The position numbers and the translations under genes are program-made. From Acidobacteria bacterium UBA6911 (lineage in GTDB: Bacteria > Acidobacteriota > UBA6911 > RPQK01 > JAJDTT01), in contig CAUZIZ010000009.1 in the NCBI GenBank assembly GCA_963579905.1, positions 1,333 to 65,332 of the forward strand: a DNA stretch of 64,000 bases, in the 5' to 3' direction. The notes under the pieces are model-generated. The model was not told the origin of the DNA and searched no databases. It saw only the letters and a program-made list of their open reading frames with translations. Each line of letters starts with the position of its first letter. Positions within the stretch are counted from its first letter, which is position 1. Positions 9,471 through 20,481 of this stretch are shown piece by piece.

Positions 9471-10946
9471 ATGGATCGACTCTGGAGACGGAGGCAGTTC
9501 GGAAAGCTCGGAGCGGCGCTGGCACTTGCCCCCGTCCCGAGCTGGTCCCAAGCAGAGCCTCGACTGGGGCTGGTTCGCGTGACGCGGGGTGCGGCATTCC
9601 TGAGCACGCCCGTTTCTGCCCCGGCTGGCGAGGTCTGGCGCTACGGAATTATCTACCCGTTCCAGGTTGCGCCGCGCTTGGCTGCCGTGTTCTGCAACAT
9701 CCGCAAGGCACTCAATCCCGGTGTCGATTTCGAGCTCGGCTCCGACGTGCTGCTCTTCGACAGCCTCGATGCGATCCGGAGCGACACGGCTGTCCAAATC
9801 TCTCGCAACCACGAGGAGCCGAACCCGAACTCCCGACCTCCGAACGAGAGGGCGGTCATGGTGAAGTACCCGGTGGCCGGCGGTTTCGTGCCCGCCGGGG
9901 CGAAACGCGCCGACGGCTCGCCCCACCCGCATGCCGGAACCGGGTTCGGCCTCTCGACCGCCCAGGCCTGGCCCCAGCACGACCGGGACCTCGGACACAA
10001 CGCCGACCGGATCGGGCGCCGCGCCTACCCGGGGGCCCAGGCCCACGAGTACCTCGAGCTCCAGCAGCTTTCCTACGACGGCAGCCGGTTCCGGGCGGAG
10101 AAGGCCAAGGCGCTGGTGGAGGGTCGAGCAAGCGTTGGAGACTGGTTCCTAGCTGGCAATCCGATTCGGAATGGGATCGCCGACGGCGACGATCTCCTAC
10201 TCCCGTACAGCTGCCGCCGCGGGGAGCCGGCCGGCCCGCAGCGGTCCCGGGTCGCTAGCGGTGTCCTCCGTTTTCGCCGCACTACGGGTTTCTGGAAACC
10301 GCACTCTTTTGTCCCGGTGACTCCCGAGGATGGCTCCTGGGAGCCGACCCTGGTGCGCGACGTCGACGGGGCGCTGCTGCTCTGCGCACGGGGTAAGGGG
10401 GAACCGAACCGAACAAGCATTCGGGTCTGGCGCTCTGCGGACAACGGCTCGACCTGGCGGCTGCAGATCGAGGCGCTCGGGGTCATCTCGATGTCGCCGG
10501 TGTCGATCAACCAGGCTGCCGACGGCACTCCTTATGTGGCCGCCAACCTGTTCGAGGTGCCGCTCTGGCCGATTGGCGACGAGCGCTACAACCACAGCGC
10601 GTACAAGGGCACCGGGAATGGTGGACGGATGCGCCTCGGCGGGTGGCTGCGGGAACGCCTGGTGCTCTGGCCGCTCTCGCCCGACCGCAAGCGCCTGGCG
10701 TCGCCGATTGTCGCCCGCGACTGCCGCGGTGAATTTGGACTGCCCCCGGGAGGCAGCAGCTGGCACGTTGATCACCCCTCGGCCATGAACCTCCAGCTCG
10801 GCGACGGACGCTGGAACAACGTCCTCGGCTACCGCGTCCTGGAGCGCGCAGAGGCGACGCACGCGATCGCACCGGCGCCCCAATCGGGAGCCTACCTCGA
10901 GGAAGTCCTCTCGTCCGGTCCGCCGCTGCCCGCTTGGCACTTCTGA
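9471..10946 (+). CDS. Tat-exported sialidase-like/BNR beta-propeller hypothetical protein
   Basis: RRRQFGKL signal; WEPTLVRDVDGALLLCAR and Asp-box SADNGSTW. Confidence 0.7.
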   Translation: MDRLWRRRQFGKLGAALALAPVPSWSQAEPRLGLVRVTRGAAFLSTPVSAPAGEVWRYGIIYPFQVAPRLAAVFCNIRKALNPGVDFELGSDVLLFDSLDAIRSDTAVQISRNHEEPNPNSRPPNERAVMVKYPVAGGFVPAGAKRADGSPHPHAGTGFGLSTAQAWPQHDRDLGHNADRIGRRAYPGAQAHEYLELQQLSYDGSRFRAEKAKALVEGRASVGDWFLAGNPIRNGIADGDDLLLPYSCRRGEPAGPQRSRVASGVLRFRRTTGFWKPHSFVPVTPEDGSWEPTLVRDVDGALLLCARGKGEPNRTSIRVWRSADNGSTWRLQIEALGVISMSPVSINQAADGTPYVAANLFEVPLWPIGDERYNHSAYKGTGNGGRMRLGGWLRERLVLWPLSPDRKRLASPIVARDCRGEFGLPPGGSSWHVDHPSAMNLQLGDGRWNNVLGYRVLERAEATHAIAPAPQSGAYLEEVLSSGPPLPAWHF

Positions 10947-10964
10947 GCCAGGGGATTGCTGGAA

Positions 10965-12492
10965 ATGATCTATTTTTCCCGTACGCTACTGACCTCGTTC
11001 CTGATGGTGGGCACCTTCCCCTCCCAGCTCGGGGGCAGCTGTGCCCTCTATGTGGGTCGGAATCTTACTGCGGATGGCAGCGTTCTGCTGGGAGGTTACG
11101 GGGACGAGCCCTCGAGCCACTGGATCGAAGTCACTCCGGCTATCGATCACCCGGATGGCACTACCTGGAGGTCGGAGTCACTGCGGCGTCCCGATATCCC
11201 AGCCTGAGATTTCGGATCTCCCAGGTGTCTCGAACCCACAAGTATCTGGCTGTCTCGTATTCCTCCTTTGCAGGTTTCCCTGCTCCCCTCACCAACGGCG
11301 GACTCAATCAGCACCTGGTGGCGGGACGGGATGTCTCTGCGGGCGCCCGGCTCGAGTTGCGCCAGATGACCTCCAACCCACAGCGGGGTCTTAACTACAG
11401 CGACCTGGCCCGGATCGCCCTGGAGCGAGCCAGGACTGCTCGTGAGGCTGCCCAGATTGTGGGCTCTTTGGTCGAGGAGCACGGCTACGCTACCTTTGGG
11501 GGGAACTCCCATATCTTTGCTGATACTACAGAGGGCTGGATCGTGCTGGAGTTTGCGGGGGGCCAGGGCCTCTGGGTCGCACAGCGTCTGGGTGCGGACG
11601 ATATACGCGTCTTCAGGGGAGGCTACATTGGTGAAATCCCCCTGGATTATCGAACCCATCCGGACTATATGGGGTCCGAGAACCTGATCTCGTTTGCGGT
11701 GGAGCAGGGCTGGTACGATTCTCAATCAGGGAAGCCATTCAATGTTCATGCCGTTTATGGTGTCGACAGGCAGCCCAACCTGGCGGGGAGCCAGATCCGT
11801 ACCGAGGCGATGGAATACATGGAGGCGTGGCTTCGGCAGCGCTCTTCCAGGTTGACACTTCAGGACATGATGGAGGCAGTCCGCAGTTCTGTCATTACCC
11901 GCGAGTCGGCCGGATATGGTCAGGTAGCCCACCTCAAGAGGGGAGTCAGGAGTGAGGTGGCGCCACTCTGGATTGCCCTGGCTCCATCCCTGGCCAGCCT
12001 TTCCTGCCTTTCTACCTTGGGATTACTGACGTGCCCGCGGAGTACAAGGAACACCGCTATCTGACAAAAGGTGAGGCCAGTCAATTCATCCCGAGAAATC
12101 GCCAGGGAAGGGAATCCACCCGCTCCGCTTTTCAGGTATACAAGCGACTTTTCCACCTGGTCTGTGAGCACCCTTGCAAGTTTCAGGCTGAGGTAAAGGG
12201 GGCGTTGACAGCCTTTGAGGCACAGTTGATAGGAAAGCAGGCTGGGGTGAAGAGGACGGCCCATACCCTTCTGCAGGCTTCTCACGATCTGGCTGCGGAC
12301 TACTTGACCCGAGTGACCAGTCAGACCGCGCTCGAGGCCTTGGATCTAGCCGAAAAGCTGTCAGCCAGCATCGAGATTCGGAGCCGGCTTCTCTACGGGG
12401 TCCGTGAGCCAGAGGCAGGGGAGGAGGGAATTGTTCACTGCCGCTGTCAGTCGCGGCCTCCAGCCGGCCGCACCAGCTGGCCCTCGGGCTGA
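10965..12492 (+). pseudogene. Peptidase C69-like (Ntn-hydrolase) dipeptidase, frameshifted
   Basis: Signal peptide, then SCALYVGRNLTADGSVLLG, ALERARTAREA and GGNSHIFADTTEGW. Frame changes near 11165 and 12000. Confidence 0.75.
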
Positions 12493-12626
12493 AGTCTCGC
12501 TCGTCTCCCTCTCGAACAGCGCCGTAACGAAGCCAGTACCTGGTCCGCGGTAAGGTGGGTTATCATTTCAGGCGTGCTAGTTACGCCGGCGTTCCCGATC
12601 CTGTCTCAAGGAGTCTCAAAACTCAT

Positions 12627-13364
12627 CTAGGCCGGAGCATCTTCCTGAAAGAGGGTAATCCCAATCTCTAAATACTTGTTGCGCTCTTCTGGCGTTGTAG
12701 CCGTACCCATGGCCAGACGAATGCCGGTGCCTGCTAATTGGCCGGCCACATTGCGCATACAGTCATCGACGTCTTGCAGCGGATACTCCGGGTGGTCCTC
12801 CAGGCTGAACAAGAGATCATTTGGTCCGAACGTGACCACGCTCACTCCTGGTTTGGCCAGTTTCCGAATATTGCTCACCGCTTCGACGGATTCTACCTGG
12901 ATAGCTAAAACCACGTAGTCGTTCCACCACGCCGCGTAGGCGCGCCGATCCATCCCTTGGGCCATGCCGCGCAGACCTCGGCGGTTAGATCCGCCCCAGC
13001 TGCGCCGTCCGATGGGCCCGTAGTAGGCATAGGCGATAGCGTCGTCTACGGTCTCGGGTTCCATTACTTCCGGGACCAGAACCGCGCTGGGCCCAAAGTC
13101 CAGATAGCGCCCGAGCAGGTAGGCGTGCCGGGTGTGGGTGATGCGCAGTTGCACGTCGATGCCCAATTCTTCGGCGGCACGGCAGTAAGTGACCAACTGT
13201 TCTTCGCTAAAAGGGCTATGCTGACCATCTATCCAGATATAGTCATACTTACCAGTTGACCATATACCGGACAACTGGTCCTTACTGGTGGCCAGCGAGC
13301 CACGCAGGGCAACCAGTACTTCACCGTCTTCAATGCGTTGTCTGAGTGTTTTTGTGGGCGCCAT
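12627..13364 (-). CDS. HpcH/HpaI aldolase/citrate lyase family protein
   Basis: YDYIWIDGQH, YLDFGPSAVLVPEV, IQVESVEAV and FGPNDL motifs; start placed at MAPTKT. Confidence 0.85.
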   Translation of the reverse strand: MAPTKTLRQRIEDGEVLVALRGSLATSKDQLSGIWSTGKYDYIWIDGQHSPFSEEQLVTYCRAAEELGIDVQLRITHTRHAYLLGRYLDFGPSAVLVPEVMEPETVDDAIAYAYYGPIGRRSWGGSNRRGLRGMAQGMDRRAYAAWWNDYVVLAIQVESVEAVSNIRKLAKPGVSVVTFGPNDLLFSLEDHPEYPLQDVDDCMRNVAGQLAGTGIRLAMGTATTPEERNKYLEIGITLFQEDAPA

Positions 13365-13700
13365 GATTCGCTCCTGTGTTTGCTGGCTTTGCTGGGCAAG
13401 GGGAGGTTTCCGCCACTGGGAGCAATTGGATGCCAATCCCTTCCTTGCCGCTATAGACGACCTGACCATTGCCTCCAACGCTGGTGCAGTAGACGACAGC
13501 AACAGCATCGTCGGGCAACACCGGAAGCGATCCTAGTTTAACTGATGCGCGATGGGCAACCTACTTCCTTGCTTTTTTACCTCCATTCCCTGCTGAGACT
13601 CGATCTGTCAGTTCTGGAGAGCAAGCATGGAAGCCGGCTGGTGGGCCGGAGTTGGCGCTGTCTCAACCACGTGCAGATCGCGAGACCAGTGGTCACGATG

Positions 13701-14061
13701 CTAGCCCCGCCACCGGCTGCACCGGATCATGCGAGAAAGAAACTTGGATTGCCTCAGCCATGATAATCGCTAGCAACCCTGACAGAGCCATGACCGTGAG
13801 GGAGTGGGATCCGGAGATCCAACTTAAGGGGCACACTCCGATCGACATCTGTGCGCACCCCTTCGACCTGGAAGCCTGAAGCGCAAGCGAGGGGTTGGGT
13901 AACACCCCGAATCCCCCCGGCTTAGCTGCTTGCCGCGCCTCAGGCCCCTTCGTCCTCCCATTGCACTGCCCTCCAACCCCTCGCTCGCGCTTCAGGCTTC
14001 CTCACGTTTCGTATTATTGGGCGACCTGGAGGTGCGAGTTCCGAATGAAGTTTCAGCTTAG
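13701..14061 (-). mobile_element. Modular repeat cassette C1 (half of cargo 1 plus cargo 3)
   Basis: R end CTAGCCCCGCC..GCGAGAAAGAAACT 13701-13744. GACAGAGCCATGACCGTGAGGGAG at 13781. Inverted pair GGAAGCCTGAAGCGCAAGCGAGGGGTTGG 13870-13898 / 13973-14001. L end TGAAGTTTCAGCTTAG 14046-14061. Confidence 0.8.
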
Positions 14062-14270
14062 TCCCACCCCCGCTGCGCTGCCCCATTCGAGAACGAAACT
14101 TCCGGCTACCGGGGATTTGTGCGTCACTGCGTGGGGAAGGGTTGTCCGGCTCTCTCCTCGGAACCTGGGCTCATTTTGCTAACGGCTCAAGTCGTTCGCG
14201 GCTCTGTCGGGCGTGGCTTCGCAGTTGGTAGTTTAGCTGCAGATGGGATCTCGCTGATGAAGGATCTAAT
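14058..14270 (-). mobile_element. Modular repeat cassette C2 (cargo 6), in tandem with C1
   Basis: R end TTAGTCCCACCCCC..CCCCATTCGAGAACGAAACT 14058-14100 shares TTAG with C1. Cargo CAAGTCGTTCGCGGCTCTG..GGCTTCGCA also occurs at about 55190-55226. Distal end is degenerate. Confidence 0.7.
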
Positions 14271-14275
14271 TGAAC

Positions 14276-15940
14276 TCATAGAGGCCTTCTTGGGAGAGCC
14301 AGCCCCTGAGGATCTCGGGTGTCGCGGTAACGTTGGAGGCGCCTTTTGAGCTCCCGCAACCTTGCTTGGATTTCCGGATTGGGAATGGCTCGGATCGAGC
14401 CCTCCAGCCGTGCCTGAATCTGGCCACAGGCATCATCATCAAAGGGCAGCTCTTCTTTCAGGTAAATGTAAGCTGGGTTGGTGTGGGCATCTGCTCCGGC
14501 GTCCCCGTAGGCTCGAACGGCAACCCAGCCGCTGCGGTCGACCTGGAGCCGCTCCGAGATCTCCCACCTCGACGGACCAGCGGGGTCGAACTTTCGGGAT
14601 ACTACTTGTCCGTTCCAGATGATCTCGACATACCGCACTGGATAGAGGGGGCTCAGCACGCGTACTTCCAGCTCCAGAGAAATCGCCTCTTCCTTCGAGA
14701 CGATCACTCCTCCCGGCCCTTTTCCGTTCACCTCCAGGAAAATCATGGGCCCACTGGTCGCGAAACTGCGCCCGGAAGCCAGCGATTGCAGGAACTCCTT
14801 GGCGGTGGGTTCCTTGTCCGATTGAACGTAGGTCACACAGTCTCCCAGCTCCCGAGTATAGGGGAAATCTGACGCTCCAACGATGGGCCAGCGGTATCCT
14901 AGATTCAAGAAGTCATACCAACCGTCCAGGCCCAGGCCGCGGTATCCTCCGAATTGCAGCAGCTCCAGAAAATCCATCTTTCCAGTCAGGGCCAAGGCAT
15001 CCGCTTCACGGTGGGAGGAGCCTCCATGGGCGAACCCGATAACTCCCGACTGTAGGTGCGCCTGATCGGCGATGACCCCGAGCGAAGGTGTCTCAGTTAC
15101 ATCATCCGATGGTCCCTGACCAGGGACATAGTCCTTCGCCAACACAATCACGTGCCCCAGATAGTCGGCCCGGTACTCCTGGCCGGAAATCAGATGGTAG
15201 GGCCCCTTCCGCCGAATCGACTTCTCGCCTAGGCCATAAGCCTGTCCCCACGACTCGAATTTCCGGCCCAGGCCGTAGCCCTTGGTATTCATGGACAGGC
15301 TGAAGGCGTAGCGGATGTCGCGAGCCGAGGTCAGCGTCAACAGCGTGTCGTCGTTTCGTCCGGTTCGCTCGAAATGGATATGGGTGTCTCCCGAATACCA
15401 CCCCTGTTTTGCCATATCGATCCAGCGCTTGAGATAGATCGTCGCCTTCTCGGTCTGGTTCTTTCTCAGGCGAAAGGTCTGCTGGGTCGGAGTGTATTCG
15501 TAGCCTCGGCGGACCTCCACCGTGCAGGTTCCGGAGGGGACTCTCACCGAAAAGGATCCGTCGGTGAAGAAATAGTAGTTCAGTCTGCGAAACCGTATCG
15601 GGCCCTTGTGCCGGTTGGCGGACATCCGAAGGGAGTAAGGCTCGTAGGGATCGTTCTCCGGCTCCTGATCTCCACGGTTGACGCTTACCGTAGCACTCAG
15701 CCGTTCTCCGGTATCTCGATCCCGAACAATCAAGTCGAGAGTTGCCGCATCGGGGCCCGGGTCGACTTTCGGAGGCGGGAGGGGAGGACCCTCAAAGCCC
15801 TGTCCTGGGTCGACCCCGCCGACCGGGAACTCCTCCACCATTCGATGACGCTGAAGCTGGGCTGAGTAGACAAAAGATAAGACCAGGAGCAGTAGAAAGT
15901 AAACCCTCAGGATTCGGATCGAGATGAAGGGTCGGGACAT
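14276..15940 (-). CDS. CehA/McbA-type PHP-fold metallohydrolase, exported
   Basis: Signal peptide; GWYSGDTHIH, FAHGG, WYDFLNLG, GASDFP, GRSFATSGP and AHTNP motifs. Confidence 0.85.
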   Translation of the reverse strand: MSRPFISIRILRVYFLLLLVLSFVYSAQLQRHRMVEEFPVGGVDPGQGFEGPPLPPPKVDPGPDAATLDLIVRDRDTGERLSATVSVNRGDQEPENDPYEPYSLRMSANRHKGPIRFRRLNYYFFTDGSFSVRVPSGTCTVEVRRGYEYTPTQQTFRLRKNQTEKATIYLKRWIDMAKQGWYSGDTHIHFERTGRNDDTLLTLTSARDIRYAFSLSMNTKGYGLGRKFESWGQAYGLGEKSIRRKGPYHLISGQEYRADYLGHVIVLAKDYVPGQGPSDDVTETPSLGVIADQAHLQSGVIGFAHGGSSHREADALALTGKMDFLELLQFGGYRGLGLDGWYDFLNLGYRWPIVGASDFPYTRELGDCVTYVQSDKEPTAKEFLQSLASGRSFATSGPMIFLEVNGKGPGGVIVSKEEAISLELEVRVLSPLYPVRYVEIIWNGQVVSRKFDPAGPSRWEISERLQVDRSGWVAVRAYGDAGADAHTNPAYIYLKEELPFDDDACGQIQARLEGSIRAIPNPEIQARLRELKRRLQRYRDTRDPQGLALPRRPL

Positions 15941-16391
15941 GACTGAAACCTCCCTTGACGTTGCGGCATTTCATGACGGACAAGCGGGTGTCTGTGACCA
16001 AGCACTGGTGCTGTTGGAAAGCCCCAAGCCTCAAGATGTCAACCGTAGGCCGTCCACGAAGCAGTCTGAGCTAGAGCGCTACCCCTGTTTCCACACTGTA
16101 GCACGCCACAACCACATCAGGCCCTATCTCTGCCCTGGGTTGCGAATCAACCCTTCAAAGCTCCAACTCAGACTGGTAGAGAACTACATTTGGCTCCACT
16201 GCGGAGATAGTGGTGTAAGCGCTCCGGTATGCGAATTCGGAGAAATGAGGAGGGGAGGGTGGTTTTTTGAGCGATTCGATTGCGCTAGAATTGGCCGTGG
16301 ATAACTGGTCCGAGACTCGTTCTCGCCAGTAATCCCAATGCGATAGAGTCGAGCTCTATTGGGCCTTCAACGAACTAAAGTAGATCCAAGG

Positions 16392-16658
16392 ATGCAATTT
16401 GTCGTTCATTACTCTATTACGCCGGAACTATGTGATGTTGCTCAAACCCGCTTCACCGAAACCGGTGCGCCGCCGCCGTCGGGTGTCACCATGACTGGCC
16501 GTTGGCATTGTGTGCACGGCAGGGAGGGATTCCTTGTTTGCGAAGCCGATGACGCAACCGCTTTGGCGACCTGGATACAGCAGTGGTCGGATCTTCTGAC
16601 TTTTCGGGTACTGCCAGTGGTGGAAGACAAGACGATGGCCCAGGTAATCAGCGGCTAG
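16392..16658 (+). CDS. DUF3303 family protein
   Basis: RFTETGAPPPSGVTMTGRWH..GFLVCEADD..WSDLLTFRVLPVVED pattern. Confidence 0.8.
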   Translation: MQFVVHYSITPELCDVAQTRFTETGAPPPSGVTMTGRWHCVHGREGFLVCEADDATALATWIQQWSDLLTFRVLPVVEDKTMAQVISG

Positions 16659-16725
16659 TCGATCTAGCACGCCGACTCCTAGGGCATCCATTCGCCTGAC
16701 TCAGCCCCGACAAAGGAGAGCCCCG

Positions 16726-18384
16726 ATGCGTTCTGCCTCCGACAAAGAGTCTGTGACTTCGAGGGTTAGCCGCCGGGCGTTCATCGGTGGGGCTGCCCTG
16801 AGCACGGCCGCTGCGACCGTGCCCGTGGCTTGTCGATCGGAGGAGACCCCTGCACCGGAGCCCTCCGCCGTTACTTCCGTCTCTTCCTTCGAGCTGGACG
16901 AGGTCTCCATCGCCGAACTTCAGAGGAGGATGGGCTCGGGACAGGAGACGGCCCGTTCCCTGGTCGAGAAATACCTGGCGCGCATCCAGGAGATCGACCG
17001 CCAGGGGCCAGAGCTGCGCTCGGTGATCGAGATCAATCCCGAGGCGCTTCCAATTTCCGACTCCCTGGACCAGGAGCGAAGCTCTACGGGCGCTCGAGGG
17101 CCACTGCACGGTATTCCCATTTTGCTCAAGGACAACATCGACACCGCCGATCGGATGACCACCACCGCCGGCTCGTTGGCACTGGAGGGATCCATCCCTC
17201 TCAAGGACTCCTACGTGGCCCGAAAGCTGCGTCAGGCGGGGGTCGTTCTCCTGGGGAAGACCAATCTCAGCGAATGGGCCAACTTCCGTTCCACCCATTC
17301 CAGCAGCGGTTGGAGTGGACGAGGTGGGCAGTGCCGGAATCCCTACTTCCTCAATCGCAATCCCTGCGGTTCTAGCTCGGGCTCCGGGGCAGCGACCTCG
17401 GCCAATCTGTGCGCTGCCGCCATCGGCACCGAGACGGACGGCTCGGTTCTCTGCCCCTCCACCGCCAACGGCATTGTGGGCATCAAGCCCACTGTAGGGC
17501 TGGTGAGCCGCGTTGGGATTATTCCCATTGCCCACAGCCAGGACACCGCGGGGCCCATGGCACGAACGGTGGCCGACGCTGCGGCCATTCTGGGAGCGCT
17601 CACGGGCATCGATCCCCACGACTCCCACACCCTTGCTAGCCAGGGCAGATCCCAGACCGACTATAGTCGATTTCTGGACGCGTCCGGACTCCAGGGTGCC
17701 CGGATCGGATTGGCCCGGCAATACCTGGGCTTTCACCCCGCAGTCGATAGGATCGTCGGAGAGTCGGTCGCGGCAATGAAGAGTCAGGGGGCGGAGATCA
17801 TCGATCCTGCGGACATTCCCACCCACGGGCAGTGGAGAGAGACCGAGCTAGAGGTAATGCTCTACGAGTTCAAGGCCAACCTGAACACGTATCTGGCCGG
17901 ACTGCGAGCCTCGTCCCAGGTGAGATCGCTGGAGGACCTGATTCGCTTCAACGAAGAAAACAAAGAGCGCGAAATGCCCTATTTCGGTCAGGAGCTTTTC
18001 ATCCGGGCCCAGGAGAAGGGACCGTTGAGCGAGAAAAAGTACCGGGAGGCGCTGGCCACCAACCACCGTCTGACCCGGGAAAGGGGAATCGACAAGGTGA
18101 TGGACGAGCACCGACTGGACGCCATCGTTGCCCCCACGGGTGGTCCCGCCTGGGTCACTGACCTGGTCAACGGCGATCACTACGGCGGAGGTAGTTCCAG
18201 CCCGGCAGCGGTTTCAGGCTATCCCAGCATCACCGTTCCGGCGGGTTTCGTCCACGGGCTTCCGGTGGGCATCTCTTTCTTCGGAAGGGCCTGGACGGAG
18301 GGGGTGCTCATCCGAGTCGCCTACGCCTTCGAGCAGGTCACACAGGTGCGCCTAGTCCCGCAGTTCCGGCCAACCGCGGTCTGA
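16726..18384 (+). CDS. Amidase (amidase-signature, peptide-amidase-like), Tat-exported
   Basis: SRRAFIG signal; GPLHGIPILLKDNI, GKTNLSEWANFR, GSSSGS and IGTETDGS motifs. Confidence 0.95.
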   Translation: MRSASDKESVTSRVSRRAFIGGAALSTAAATVPVACRSEETPAPEPSAVTSVSSFELDEVSIAELQRRMGSGQETARSLVEKYLARIQEIDRQGPELRSVIEINPEALPISDSLDQERSSTGARGPLHGIPILLKDNIDTADRMTTTAGSLALEGSIPLKDSYVARKLRQAGVVLLGKTNLSEWANFRSTHSSSGWSGRGGQCRNPYFLNRNPCGSSSGSGAATSANLCAAAIGTETDGSVLCPSTANGIVGIKPTVGLVSRVGIIPIAHSQDTAGPMARTVADAAAILGALTGIDPHDSHTLASQGRSQTDYSRFLDASGLQGARIGLARQYLGFHPAVDRIVGESVAAMKSQGAEIIDPADIPTHGQWRETELEVMLYEFKANLNTYLAGLRASSQVRSLEDLIRFNEENKEREMPYFGQELFIRAQEKGPLSEKKYREALATNHRLTRERGIDKVMDEHRLDAIVAPTGGPAWVTDLVNGDHYGGGSSSPAAVSGYPSITVPAGFVHGLPVGISFFGRAWTEGVLIRVAYAFEQVTQVRLVPQFRPTAV

Positions 18385-18476
18385 CTTAGTGTCCCCATCG
18401 GGGATGGTGAAACCCCTCGCCTTCAGGCGAAGAGAAGGTCCCCGAAGTCCCGCAGGGACGGTAGGGTCATCTTCGA

Positions 18477-18755
18477 GTGAAGTTGAAAGTGCTAGAGTCA
18501 CTGGCAGCCTATCAGGACCACCTCGGCGGAAAGGAGGAGAAGGTGGTCGCGTACATCGAAAAGTATGAGCGGCCGCTCCTGGACCTGTACAGGAAGAGCA
18601 AGACAGGCTTTCGTCCCTTTTTCCGTGCCCTCCTGTGGCTGATGGAACATTTCAACAGCAACATCGGCCGCAGACCCCACCGAGCGCTGGAGAAAGAGGA
18701 GATCTAGGATATCCGAAAGTTCCTGGAGGACAGAGAGATTCCCGTCGTGAGGTAG
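18477..18755 (+). other. Small orphan reading frame with an internal TAG, between two hairpin repeats
   Basis: 76-aa ORF continues past TAG 18705 as DIRKFLEDREIPVVR*. No family recognised. Confidence 0.3.
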
Positions 18756-18915
18756 CCCCCGACGGTTTTCTCAACTTGAGCACCGGAAGGCTCTCCCTGA
18801 AGGCCGGAGCGGCAGAATTCACTCGAAACCATGATCTCCCAACGACGGAAGCAGTACTCCGACGAGGGACAAAAACGACCTACCGCCTTCTAGTCTTTTG
18901 GAAATGAGGAGCTGT

Positions 18916-20454
18916 ATGAAAACGCCGATTGGCGCTTTGAAATGGTTGAAGCTCGGATTGACACTTGCCTTCATGGTGGCCACCATCTGCTTGAACAGCG
19001 CTCCGGTTGCCGCCTCTGACGAGCCCATCAATATCGGGAGACGGCGAGAGCTGTTCGTGGACGAGGTGTTGATCGATTTGCTGCAAGGGGAAGTACGGCA
19101 ACAGCTGCATCACCCTACCCCGGGCGAAGTGGTTCTGGTGTGCGATCGGCCCTGGGAAGGCAATGGGCTCAACTATGTGACGATCTTCCGGGACGGCGAC
19201 CTCTATAAAATGTACTACCGAGGCGCCGACTATGACCGGGGTGTGACCTCGCACCACGAGCAGACCTATTGCTATGCAGAAAGCCGTGACGGGGTTCACT
19301 AGAAGCGCCCCGAACTGGGACTGGTCGAGTTCGGAGGATCGAAGAAGAACAACATCCTTTTGAGTGAAAAGGATGAGGAGCTGGGCTACATATGTCACAA
19401 TTTCAGTCCTTTCCTGGACCTGAACCCGGCCACACCCAGGTCAGAGCGATTCAAGGCGATCGGCGGCGGACCGCTTTATGCGATGGTGTCGGCCGATGGG
19501 ATCCGTTGGCAGAAGGCCAGTCAGAAGCCGATCATTGTCTTCGGCGACTTCGATTCCCACAACTTGGCCTTCTGGGATGTGATACGGGGCGAGTATCGCG
19601 CCTATCATCGCAAGAGCAGGAATGGGCGCGACATCATGACCGAGACCTCCAAGACCTTCTCCCAGGGCTGGACCGAGCCGGTCTTCCTGGAGTATGAGCC
19701 CAGTCGCGGAGGGGAGCTGTACACGAATCAGATCACGCAGTATCACCAAGCCCCTCATTACCTGCTCGGCTTTCCGACTCGATACGAGGATCGCGGACTG
19801 AACCCTTCGACCAGGCATCTCCCCCAGTGGGGCTACCGACAGCACCGAAGTGCCTTGTCGAAACGGGAAGGCACAGCCGTTACCGAGGGCCTCTTCATGG
19901 CAAGCCGCGACGGCGGAAACTTCAGAGTCTTCGAAGAAGCCTTCATCCGGCCCGGACTGAGGACCGAGGACAGCTGGTTCTACGGGGATAACTACCAGAG
20001 CTGGGGACTGGTGGAAACGCGGTCCCACGTGGCTCTGGATGCTCCCAATGAACTCTCCATCTACGTGACCGAGGCGACCCTCCAGAACGGCAAGCCTGCC
20101 AGGCTACGGCGATACACGCTTCGCCTCGACGGGTTCGTTTCCATCAATGCAACCATGAAGGGCGGAAAACTTCTTACCAAGCCGATCCGATTCTCGGGAA
20201 AGAAGCTGACGCTGAACTACTCGAGCTCGGCCCGGGGAGGAATCCGCGTCGGGATCGACGGTCCCGCCGGCGAATCGACCCCAGGCTACACCCTCGACGA
20301 TTGCCCCTGGATCTACGGCGATTCCCTGGCCCGAGAGGTGGAGTGGACGCGATCCGGAGCGGTCACGTCCGACGTGTCGAAACTGGCCGGAAAATCCGTG
20401 CGCCTGATCTTCGAGCTCAAAGACGCCGATCTGTATTCCTTCCAGTTTGAATAG
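18916..20454 (+). pseudogene. GH32/GH43-like propeller family protein (paralogue 2), single nonsense codon
   Basis: ORFs 18898-19302 and 19360-20454 share one frame. TAG 19300 replaces the Trp of YAESRDGVH[W]KRPELGLVEF. Ends LIFELKDADLYSFQF. Confidence 0.88.
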
Positions 20455-20481
20455 GCTTTCCCGCACCATGGTGGTGTTACA

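Noticed and set aside
9321-10046. Upstream part of the 359-aa minus-strand ORF 8967-10046
   Set aside because: Antisense to the gene at 9471; only the portion from 9320 has recognisable motifs.
16648-17826. Long antisense ORFs over the amidase and other GC-rich genes
   Set aside because: Expected shadows of GC-rich codon usage; the opposite strand has clear family motifs.
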